The position numbers and the translations under genes were made by a program. The notes beneath the pieces were generated by a model. It ran no database searches, was not told where the DNA came from, and saw nothing but the letters and a program-made list of their open reading frames with translations. A stretch of DNA of 64,000 nt from Candidatus Thalassarchaeaceae archaeon (GTDB taxonomy: Archaea; Thermoplasmatota; Poseidoniia; Poseidoniales; Thalassarchaeaceae), in contig JASLKH010000035.1 of assembly GCA_030747675.1 (NCBI GenBank), positions 1 through 64,000 on the forward strand, given 5' to 3'. Below, one piece after another: positions 1 to 8,214 of the stretch. Each line of letters opens with the position of its first letter. Position 1 is the first letter of the stretch.

Positions 1-1029
1 ATAGGCCTCTGCACCACGAATCTCGCCGACGATGATGTATTCGGGACGTTCTCGGAGAGCTGCTTTCAGCAACTCGAATTCACCAATCTCACCTTCACTT
101 GATTCACCACCAAAACCTTGACGAGTCAAACCTGGAATCCAATTTGGTTGTGGGATGTTAACTTCTCGAGTTGACTCAATACTAACAATTTTCATTTGCC
201 ACGGAATAAATAACGCCATGGCGTTTAGAGTAGTGGTCTTCCCTGATGCTGTACCTCCTACGAAAAGCATTGAAATTTCGTTCTGGAAAGCAATCCAAAG
301 GTATGCAACCATCAAGCTGGTCATTGTTCGAAAAGCAACAATGTCACAAGGGCTGAAGGGATCTTCGCGGAATCGCCGAATACAAAATGTCGAACCTCTT
401 GTAGAAATTTCATGCCCCAGTTTCATTACAATTCTGGATCCATCCATCAGTGTGGCGTCAAGTAGGGGTTCTGCAACAGAAATATGTTTACCACATCGTT
501 GAGCTAATTTGATTACATACGATTCCAATTCATGATCATCTGGCCAAGCAACAGTAGTTTCTACGGATTCAAATTTTCTGTGATAAGCGAAAATAGGTAT
601 CCCTGTACCATCAAGAGATACGTCTTCCACATTTGCATCTGACATCAAGACATCCATGCGGCCATAGCCAATCAAATCACGCTTGAGATAGTAAAAAATC
701 TTTGACCTAGATTTTTTATTGATTTTAAGGCGATATGACTTGACGATTTGATCCATTGCTGCACGTAAATATAATTCGGGGTTTGCATCGATTTCTTCGA
801 TGTCTGCAGTTAATGCTTGGATGAAAATGGTCATAATTTCTTCTCGTATTTCTTCCTCTTTCTTAGTTAAAGGGGGTTCTATAACTTGATAGATAATATT
901 CAGTGTACGGAGGTCTCGAACAATTCTAGCAAATGCATGTGGAGGGGCCACGGGATACTTGTCTAATTCTTCATATTGAACTTGCTGACGACGCTGCCGA
1001 CGCCGGCCACCCCCACCTTTTTGAGCCAT
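1..1029 (-). CDS. Type II/IV secretion system ATPase (FlaI/ArlI/TadA/VirB11 family), 3' part runs off the left edge
   Basis: Not in the ORF track; I translated the minus strand from ATG at 1029 (MAQKGGGGRRRQ...). It has Walker A GGTASGKT, the Asp-box region SIESTRE, and Walker B region ALRERPEYIIVGEIRGAEAY at the window edge. Confidence 0.92.
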   Translation of the reverse strand, partial: MAQKGGGGRRRQRRQQVQYEELDKYPVAPPHAFARIVRDLRTLNIIYQVIEPPLTKKEEEIREEIMTIFIQALTADIEEIDANPELYLRAAMDQIVKSYRLKINKKSRSKIFYYLKRDLIGYGRMDVLMSDANVEDVSLDGTGIPIFAYHRKFESVETTVAWPDDHELESYVIKLAQRCGKHISVAEPLLDATLMDGSRIVMKLGHEISTRGSTFCIRRFREDPFSPCDIVAFRTMTSLMVAYLWIAFQNEISMLFVGGTASGKTTTLNAMALFIPWQMKIVSIESTREVNIPQPNWIPGLTRQGFGGESSEGEIGEFELLKAALRERPEYIIVGEIRGAEAY

Positions 1030-1043
1030 CGAATTCACTACCT

Positions 1044-1102
1044 GCATCCTTCGGATGCCCCTTCGCCCACTATAACATTCCGCAGGGAACCTATGGTTCC
1101 CT
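1044..1102. promoter_or_regulatory. Two perfect inverted repeats upstream of the secretion ATPase
   Basis: GCATCC-TTC-GGATGC (1044-1058) and AGGGAACC-TAT-GGTTCCCT (1084-1102). Function is not established. Confidence 0.35.
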
Positions 1103-1164
1103 AGGTACTGTGGAGTTTTTTGACACTACCGAGATAAAAATTGTGAAAATAAAAAAATCGTCAT

Positions 1165-2814
1165 TTAATTCTCAAATGCTGCCCGACCCCATCGCCTTTC
1201 TAATAGCGCTAGAAAAGCAATTGCTAGAGTAATCAAACCTATTGAAATAGCAAGTATTCCGCCGTAGTAAGTCTTGGCTTCTTCTGGTTCGTAAACTCTC
1301 GCATTGGCATCTAAACCTTCAGCCGAAACTTGACTATAACCACTTTCGTACAATGACATGTCGCCTTGAGTAAATGAAAGCAAAAATAATGAGACAAGAG
1401 GAAGTACTGTTGCAACCCAAAATATAGCCATGACTGATGTATCAAAAATCGCCTTATTTGGCCGTAAACCCATTAGTAATGCGCATAATGCTACGATGTA
1501 GATTGAATTTGCAATCATCACCAAAAGAGCAGGTATCAATCCTGCCCATTGATCAAGCATCCACGCCATCAATACAAGGAAAATTACCGATATCCAAGTT
1601 GTCATCAGAAAATAGACGATTATTTTCGCTCGAAGAAGTTGAGGGACCCTCACTGGTAATCCATTGAAGAAATCAGGGCTATCAACTGCGTTTAACCATG
1701 AGTAAAAATTGAATCCAAAGAAACCCAAAAAGGGAGCGTAACTTAGTAAATTAAACGGAATTGGGAATCTAGCAAAGTCTGCCATCCATGCTAAAGCGAG
1801 CAAAAAAAGCAAGGGTACACAGTATGAACCAAGCATTTTGACTAAAGTTCCTGAACGTAAAACGTCAACTATTTCTTTGGAGACTAGCATTCTCATATTT
1901 CCATTCCCCAAGAAAAATAATCGGCGATGTACAGGCTCTAACATGTCATCTCTTGAAGTCACTTGGATTTCAAAATCATCGGGAACCAAATGTGCCCCCA
2001 CTGTAGCTACTGTTAAAGAACCAATTATTGCAAATGGGATCAATGAGAAATTGTGTGTTAATTGTACTTGTAACCCCAATACGGCCCATTCCATCGGAAC
2101 AAAATCAACAGCAATGATAATGCCAGCAATAACTGCAATTAAAGGCACAAAAAAAGCACCCATTTTTGATTTCGACCAGATTGCACTAGCAAAGAAGGAT
2201 AAAGCAAGGCCTTGCATCATCGTAATTAGCATACAAACGAGAATGATTGGTAACGATGACCAAACCAGAGGCGTAGATATCCCAAACAATACTTCAGCAA
2301 ATATCCCTAATGCCATGCCAAATACAGCAGGGGAAAGTATCAAACACAAATAAAAGGCAACTTCTTTGCAATAATATGCCAAATAAACGGGGGGTAATTC
2401 CAATGGCAACAATGCTGGTCCTGCTAGCAAGTAGGACTTCCCGCCTGCTCGTTGGCTAATCATATTACGCCCAATAAATGCAAAAGAGCCCATGCCTAAA
2501 CTGAACATGAAAAGCGAAATATGCAAAGCTATCTTCAATTCATTCCAAGTAAACGTCTTCTCTGATTGAGCTGCTATTGTTTCTGCAGTATCTTGAGCAT
2601 ATGAAATTTCAGATTCACCAGTTAGAAATCGTAACCCAATGGTGATTATCATTGTGACAAGTGCCAACATTATTGGGAACATCATGATATGACGCTTTTT
2701 TGCAAAATCAATGTTCTGTCTCCACTCTTCACGGAACATCATCACGAAATTTGTATGGAACGAAACCAAATAAGAGGGAGGTTCCCTTCCCTCGGCAAAA
2801 GTCATTTTTCTCAC
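1165..2814 (-). CDS. Multi-pass membrane protein, probable ABC-2-type exporter permease
   Basis: 549 aa with about 12 hydrophobic segments in two similar halves; overlaps the ABC ATPase stop by 4 nt. Confidence 0.7.
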   Translation of the reverse strand: MRKMTFAEGREPPSYLVSFHTNFVMMFREEWRQNIDFAKKRHIMMFPIMLALVTMIITIGLRFLTGESEISYAQDTAETIAAQSEKTFTWNELKIALHISLFMFSLGMGSFAFIGRNMISQRAGGKSYLLAGPALLPLELPPVYLAYYCKEVAFYLCLILSPAVFGMALGIFAEVLFGISTPLVWSSLPIILVCMLITMMQGLALSFFASAIWSKSKMGAFFVPLIAVIAGIIIAVDFVPMEWAVLGLQVQLTHNFSLIPFAIIGSLTVATVGAHLVPDDFEIQVTSRDDMLEPVHRRLFFLGNGNMRMLVSKEIVDVLRSGTLVKMLGSYCVPLLFLLALAWMADFARFPIPFNLLSYAPFLGFFGFNFYSWLNAVDSPDFFNGLPVRVPQLLRAKIIVYFLMTTWISVIFLVLMAWMLDQWAGLIPALLVMIANSIYIVALCALLMGLRPNKAIFDTSVMAIFWVATVLPLVSLFLLSFTQGDMSLYESGYSQVSAEGLDANARVYEPEEAKTYYGGILAISIGLITLAIAFLALLERRWGRAAFEN

Positions 2815-3581
2815 TCCTCTTCTCCGATAGAATCTTCGCGCAATTCAATCTCGTGTACAGAGGAGCCTACTAATCTGATGAAAATATCTTCAAGATCCTC
2901 TTCTTCACTTATGCGCAATTCATCCATAGTTCCTGCTGCCAAAACTCGACCATGATCAATTACAGCAACACGAGTGCACATTCTTTCTGCAACTTCAAGG
3001 ATATGTGAGCAAAGAAAAATTGTACCCCCACTTTCAATGTGATCCATCAGTAATTGACGGCATTTTCGCTGATAAATTGGGTCCAAATTTACAAACGGTT
3101 CATCCAAGAATAATAAGCGTGGTTCGTGGATAAAGGCTCCAGCAAGCATTACTTTTTGCCGTTGTCCTTTTGAAAGGTCCTTGCAAAGTGTATTTTTCTT
3201 GTCATTTAGTCCAAACCAATCGAGCCAATATTCTACTTTCGAAGAAACCTCTCTAATTCCCCTTATCTGACAAACGAAATGAAGATATTCTGCTGCGGTT
3301 AAATAAGATGGTGGACTTTCTGATTCTGGAACAATCCCAACATTGGCTTTTACTTTCTGAGGGTCATTAGCAACATTCGTGCCAAGGATTTTTGCCCCCC
3401 CGAGTGAAGGTGATAATTGTCCAGTTAGGAGTTTAATAAATGTTGATTTACCGGCGCCATTCGGACCAAATACTCCGAAAAACTCGCCTGCAAAAACAGT
3501 AACATCAAGGGGATGTAACGCCACAAAATCTCCAAATCTTTTCCCAAGATCTTTTGCCTCAACTAATGCTTCAGAAGACAT
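2811..3581 (-). CDS. ABC transporter ATP-binding protein (CcmA/NatA-like)
   Basis: Walker A GPNGAGKST, signature LSKGQ, Walker B LFLDEP, H-loop SH. Confidence 0.95.
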   Translation of the reverse strand: MSSEALVEAKDLGKRFGDFVALHPLDVTVFAGEFFGVFGPNGAGKSTFIKLLTGQLSPSLGGAKILGTNVANDPQKVKANVGIVPESESPPSYLTAAEYLHFVCQIRGIREVSSKVEYWLDWFGLNDKKNTLCKDLSKGQRQKVMLAGAFIHEPRLLFLDEPFVNLDPIYQRKCRQLLMDHIESGGTIFLCSHILEVAERMCTRVAVIDHGRVLAAGTMDELRISEEEDLEDIFIRLVGSSVHEIELREDSIGEEE

Positions 3582-3584
3582 ACT

Positions 3585-4433
3585 TTAGGCACCCTTCCAC
3601 TCAGCATTTTCTCTATTTAGAAAAGCATTCACGCCAATTTCTTTGTCAGCTGTATCAAATAAGGCACAAAAAGCATCTCTTTCCGCTAAGATTCCTTGGG
3701 TGAATGGCAATTCTAATGAAGCTCTGACTGCTGCTTTAGCTACTTTGATTGTATGGGGGGATTTGCTTCCTAAATTCTGAGCGATTTCCATTACTTTCAA
3801 CAATAATTGGTCGGGTTCTACCAAGTGATTGATTAAACCAATTCGATAGGCATCCTCACCACTAACCATTTCTCCAGACATCACCATTTCTATTGCACGC
3901 CCATATCCTAGTAATCGACAAAGGCGCTGCGTACCACCACCACCAGGAATTAATCCAAGATTAATTTCAGGCGTTCCAAATTTTGATTGCGGAGTAGCAA
4001 TGCGCAAATCACATGATAATGCAATCTCAGAACCACCTCCAAGAGCAAATCCATCAATCATAGCAATTGTCGGTTTTGTCAAATTCCAAATTGCTTCCCA
4101 AGAATTGTCGTCAAAGATTGGGCGCGCCTGCTCACTTCTCATTCCTGAAAATTCAGAAATGTCGGCTCCTGCAACAAACGATTTGGGTTTAGAGCGCTTC
4201 CCTTCTGGTGGCTCATTTGGAGGGGCACCAGTAATGACAATAACCCTTACGTCATCATTCGATTCTGCCAATTTGCAAGCAGATTTGATAGCTGAATGAA
4301 CTTCGGAATTGAGCGAATTTAATTTATCGGGACGATTAATTGTCCATACTGAAATGACACCCCCGGAAGGACTTGAACTCTCCAAAGGTATATTTTCAAT
4401 TCCCAGAACATCACTTTCAGGCATCTCGCTCAT
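3585..4433 (-). CDS. Enoyl-CoA hydratase/isomerase (crotonase family)
   Basis: FVAGADI oxyanion motif, GFALGGGSEIALSCDLR, PEINLGLIPGGGGTQRL with both catalytic Glu. Confidence 0.93.
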   Translation of the reverse strand: MSEMPESDVLGIENIPLESSSPSGGVISVWTINRPDKLNSLNSEVHSAIKSACKLAESNDDVRVIVITGAPPNEPPEGKRSKPKSFVAGADISEFSGMRSEQARPIFDDNSWEAIWNLTKPTIAMIDGFALGGGSEIALSCDLRIATPQSKFGTPEINLGLIPGGGGTQRLCRLLGYGRAIEMVMSGEMVSGEDAYRIGLINHLVEPDQLLLKVMEIAQNLGSKSPHTIKVAKAAVRASLELPFTQGILAERDAFCALFDTADKEIGVNAFLNRENAEWKGA

Positions 4434-4469
4434 GGCCTCCCGATGGCAACCATGTACTCAAGCCTGCGG

Positions 4470-5375
4470 TCAGTCGTCATTCGATATTTCATCCCTTAAA
4501 GCATCTAATTTTGACACACTAGGAAGAGGTGGGAGGGGTAAATCGCCAAGAGCAGGGGGCGGAGGTAATGGTAAATCGCCAAGATCTGGGAGAGGGGGGA
4601 GTTCTGGAAGGGGCTCTTTCCCAGCCACGAAACCCTGGTCAAGTGGAACTAATATTTTCAACACACGTTCAGAATCAATTCGTGTATAAACAGCCCCAAT
4701 AGGAGATCCCTGGGGCAAGGTGTTTGATTCCTCTATAACTGTTAAACCATGGTTTTCTTTACCTAACAGTGAAACTAGATCTTCAGACTGATCTGCACTT
4801 TGGTAAATTTTTGCTGCATCTGCCCGGATGTCGGCTAGTTGCTCTCGACGACGTGCTTCAATTCGTCGACGGATTAACGAATGGTGGTCTCTTCTTTCTT
4901 CAATAAAACCTTCAATGTCTGCTTCCTCCATAGATTCTGCATCGACTTCTGCAACGTATTCTTCTGCAACATGCACATTTTCTTCAATTACTCCTACAGA
5001 AACTGTTTCTTCTGCCAATGACACAGATACTTCTTCATCAGATTCAGATTCATCATCGTCATCAGCAATTGTTTCAACGCTACCACGACTTCGAGAAAGT
5101 TTCTCATTTCGACGCGTAGAAGCATCCTCTTCAGATTGTACAGGAACTGGGATAGATTCAGTACTGTCTTCTTCTTCATCAACCACTTCAGAACGACGGC
5201 GAACACGTTTTACTTTGCGACCACCGCCCGTTCCCGTCAGGAATATCCCAAGTAGGAAAATCATTCCAATCAAAATCATTCGTTCCTTATCACTGATGCG
5301 TCCAGCAATTATAGCATATGTGATTAAGCCTACGCCAAGAGCGAACCACAGCAAAAGCCGCTTGAACGTTACCAC
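4470..5375 (-). CDS. Hypothetical membrane-anchored protein with an acidic linker and a Pro-rich C-terminus
   Basis: Two N-terminal TM segments, a D/E-rich region, a short coiled coil, and a repeated LGDLPLPP motif. Confidence 0.7.
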   Translation of the reverse strand: MVTFKRLLLWFALGVGLITYAIIAGRISDKERMILIGMIFLLGIFLTGTGGGRKVKRVRRRSEVVDEEEDSTESIPVPVQSEEDASTRRNEKLSRSRGSVETIADDDDESESDEEVSVSLAEETVSVGVIEENVHVAEEYVAEVDAESMEEADIEGFIEERRDHHSLIRRRIEARRREQLADIRADAAKIYQSADQSEDLVSLLGKENHGLTVIEESNTLPQGSPIGAVYTRIDSERVLKILVPLDQGFVAGKEPLPELPPLPDLGDLPLPPPPALGDLPLPPLPSVSKLDALRDEISNDD

Positions 5376-5432
5376 AATTCATCCCTCGACCCATCGAGTA
5401 ACTCGTCTGTCTTGAGGATGCCGACGACCAGT

Positions 5433-6023
5433 TCAGTTTTCTGAAAGGAATTCTGCAAGCTGTCGAAGTGCCTTACCTCTATGACTGAAGCGAGACTTTT
5501 CTTCATTATTCATTTCAGCGAAAGTTCGTTGCCCGTCGCCCTCAAGTGGGATGAAAATCGGATCGTAACCAAAACCTCCTTCGCCTTGAATTTTTGTAGA
5601 AATTAATCCGTCACAACGGCCAACAAATACTTCAACAATTTCACCTGTCCAATATGCTGCTACTGTAATAAAATGTGCTTCCCTATTACTCTCAACTAAT
5701 TTCAAAACCCTTTCTAAACCCAATGATTGAAAAATATGAGATGAATAAACTCCTGGGAAGTTAGTAAGGCTATCAATGAATAATCCTGAATCTTCGACCA
5801 ATAATGACTCAGAAAGTCTTCCTTCTTGGGCGAGAATTTCTACACCTTGCGCCACTTTTGCTAAAGCAACTGTAGTTAAATCATGCGCTTGCGGTTCAAC
5901 TAAATCAGGTACTTTCCCGTCAACTTCAAAGGAATTAACTGAATACCCAAACGGTGACAACAGCGCTTGGACTTCTGATAGTTTTCCCGGGTTTCCTGTC
6001 AAGAAGTTCACAGTAGGCATCAT
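5433..6023 (-). CDS. rdgB: Non-canonical purine NTP pyrophosphatase (Ham1/RdgB/ITPase)
   Basis: FLTGNPGK, EDSGL, FPGVYS, GFGYDPIF, SHRGKAL. Start trimmed to MMPTV at 6023 because the longer ORF overlaps fluc. Confidence 0.93.
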   Translation of the reverse strand: MMPTVNFLTGNPGKLSEVQALLSPFGYSVNSFEVDGKVPDLVEPQAHDLTTVALAKVAQGVEILAQEGRLSESLLVEDSGLFIDSLTNFPGVYSSHIFQSLGLERVLKLVESNREAHFITVAAYWTGEIVEVFVGRCDGLISTKIQGEGGFGYDPIFIPLEGDGQRTFAEMNNEEKSRFSHRGKALRQLAEFLSEN

Positions 6024-6075
6024 GTCTCGGAAAAGAGGGTGTGGATTGAAGTCTTCTCTAGTTCCCGCAGGTATC

Positions 6076-6432
6076 ATGGAGCCGAAGATGTTGACATTAG
6101 TGGCGATAGGTGGGGCCATAGGTGCTGTACTCAGATATCTAGTTGGAGAATGGCTTCCCAATGATTTCCCATGGGGCACTCTAACAGTGAATCTGATTGG
6201 TTCATTACTTCTAGGAATGATTGTTGGACTTTCTGTTTCTGAAGAAATGGCATTACTACTTGGAACTGGATTGATGGGAGCTTTTACAACGATGTCGGCA
6301 TATTCAGTAGACATTGTCAAATTGTTCGATGAGGGGAAATTTGGGACCACCAGTGTATACATTATTATGACTTTAATTGGCTGCCCTCTGCTGGCCTATG
6401 TTGGGTGGAAGTTTTCTACTCAATTTGCTTAA
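6076..6432 (+). CDS. crcB: Fluoride channel Fluc/CrcB
   Basis: GGAIGAVLRY, PWGTLTVNLIGS, GAFTTMSAYS; four TM helices. Start trimmed to ATG 6076. Confidence 0.92.
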   Translation: MEPKMLTLVAIGGAIGAVLRYLVGEWLPNDFPWGTLTVNLIGSLLLGMIVGLSVSEEMALLLGTGLMGAFTTMSAYSVDIVKLFDEGKFGTTSVYIIMTLIGCPLLAYVGWKFSTQFA

Positions 6433-7064
6433 CCATGATAACGAACTCGACTACGTATACCATCAAATCGTAGAATTACCGCCTTAGCCATGTCTTCCTC
6501 TGTCTCTAAATATCCCTCCACAACCAAATCAATTCCGCATTCAATACTTGGATGGCTGGCTTTCAAGCATTCATTCAGGACCTGCAAATCTAGTCCAAGC
6601 GGTTCAAGATCGTACGTAATTGAGGAAAGACCGAAATCGATGATAGAAAGGCCCGATTCTTCATCCCACAATATGTTGTGAGTGGTTAAATCTCCATGAG
6701 TCATGCCAGCGGCATGAATTCTACGAATCAACATCCCCACGTCTCGTAATATTTCTTTTTGTATACCTACGCGAAGGGCTTCAAACAATGGTATACCTGG
6801 GCATTTTGAAATTATAATCCACCCTTCTGTTGCATCAATTGCAAGTAATTCTGGGACTGGCAACCCATTTTGGTGAAGGCGACGCAATAATCTTGTTTCA
6901 GCAGATAAACGAGATTTAGTTAATCTTGCATCCAAATCAGGATGACGCCAATTTCTAGGTTGGCGGCGTTTCAATACTGCATCCCGGCCCATCCATGTAC
7001 CCGAGAAAACAATTGCTTCAGCCCCCCTGTGCAACAAAGAATCTTCAATCCAAGGCCCCACCAT
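6429..7064 (-). CDS. bud32: KEOPS complex kinase/ATPase Bud32 (stand-alone)
   Basis: RGAEA, LKRR, HGDLTTHN, IDFGL, DLQVL. Start at MVGPW (7064) with a GAGGGG SD-like site upstream. Confidence 0.9.
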   Translation of the reverse strand: MVGPWIEDSLLHRGAEAIVFSGTWMGRDAVLKRRQPRNWRHPDLDARLTKSRLSAETRLLRRLHQNGLPVPELLAIDATEGWIIISKCPGIPLFEALRVGIQKEILRDVGMLIRRIHAAGMTHGDLTTHNILWDEESGLSIIDFGLSSITYDLEPLGLDLQVLNECLKASHPSIECGIDLVVEGYLETEEDMAKAVILRFDGIRSRVRYHG

Positions 7065-7137
7065 ACTGCTCCCCTCAGAGGCGCCGAGAGGAGATGACTT
7101 CAAAGCGGTTACACCTGACGGCTAATTGGCGATATCG

Positions 7138-8214
7138 ATGGCAATTGAGCTACCGAACGTTCCTTTGCCATCAAATCAACTTGTATATTCAAACTGGAGT
7201 GATGATGAAATCGAGCAAGAAGCTTTGCGCCTTCAATGCGCAATTCAACAACATCAAAGATGGCCAATTGAAACATGTCGAAATATTGCGCATTTAACCT
7301 TGGAAATTAATAGATTAAAGGAAAAAAATGGTGTGTTCTTAATCGCCCATTCATATCAAACCCCAGATATCATTTACGGAGTAGCAGACGAAGTGGCTGA
7401 CTCTTATACACTCTCAAAAGCAGCACGCGATGCGCCACAACAAACCATCCTTTTCTCTAGTGTTCGGTTCATGGCTGAAACTGCAAAAATTGTGAGCCCA
7501 CACAAAACTGTCCTTCATCCCTCACCGGAAGCAGGTTGTAGTCTTTCAGATGGGATCTCAGCACAAGACGTTAGGGATTTACGAGCACGACATCCTGGCG
7601 TCCCGGTTGCTTGTTATATCAACACTACAGCTGCAGTTAAAGCCGAATGTGATGTTAGTGTCACAAGTAGTAATTATCTCCGAATTTGTGAACGTTTACC
7701 TGGAAATAAACTCATCTTTGTTCCAGATCGATTCATGGGGGCACACTTGCAAAAATCTCTTTCCGGGAAAAAGGAAGTTATTGTTTTCGATGGTGAGTGC
7801 GAAGTCCATGCAGTGTTTACAGGAAGTAAAGTTCGAGAATGGAAAAACAGAATCGGGGATGAACTTACAGTTTTGGCACATCCGGAATGCAGTGCTGAAG
7901 TATTGGAGGAAGCAGATTTTGTTGGTTCTTCGGAAAAATTGATCCAAGAAGCAATTCGACTCGGGATTGAAAATAAACCCGATGTGATGTTAATCACAGA
8001 ATGCGGAACTGCTGAACGCGTGTTAGCAGAAACGAAAGTTGAACTCAACTTGTATGGTGCCTGTGTCATGTGTCGTCATATGAAAGCAACTCAATTGGAG
8101 GACATTCTGCAAACACTTCAAAATCCAAGAGATAATCAAATTATTGAAATTGATTGTGATATCATTGAACGAGCACGAAAAAACCTCGATGAAATGTTTC
8201 GATTAGCTGAATGA
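7138..8214 (+). CDS. nadA: Quinolinate synthase A
   Basis: AHSYQTP, FMAETAK, AGCSLS, YINT, CEVH, HPEC, and a C-terminal CxHMK cysteine motif. Confidence 0.93.
   Translation: MAIELPNVPLPSNQLVYSNWSDDEIEQEALRLQCAIQQHQRWPIETCRNIAHLTLEINRLKEKNGVFLIAHSYQTPDIIYGVADEVADSYTLSKAARDAPQQTILFSSVRFMAETAKIVSPHKTVLHPSPEAGCSLSDGISAQDVRDLRARHPGVPVACYINTTAAVKAECDVSVTSSNYLRICERLPGNKLIFVPDRFMGAHLQKSLSGKKEVIVFDGECEVHAVFTGSKVREWKNRIGDELTVLAHPECSAEVLEEADFVGSSEKLIQEAIRLGIENKPDVMLITECGTAERVLAETKVELNLYGACVMCRHMKATQLEDILQTLQNPRDNQIIEIDCDIIERARKNLDEMFRLAE

Noticed and set aside
4828-5415. 195-aa Ser-rich ORF on the plus strand
   Set aside because: Antisense shadow of the Glu/Asp-rich gene (GAA/GAT codons read as TTC/ATC/TCx on the other strand); no independent features.
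6024-6075. Possible fluoride riboswitch upstream of crcB
   Set aside because: The 52-nt spacer lacks the GGAGATGGCATTCCTCC-type consensus and pseudoknot.
6024-6362. Apparent long N-terminal extensions making rdgB and crcB overlap (ORFs 5433..6362 and 5776..6432)
   Set aside because: Family motifs begin at 6023 and 6076 respectively; the extensions are open shadow frames.
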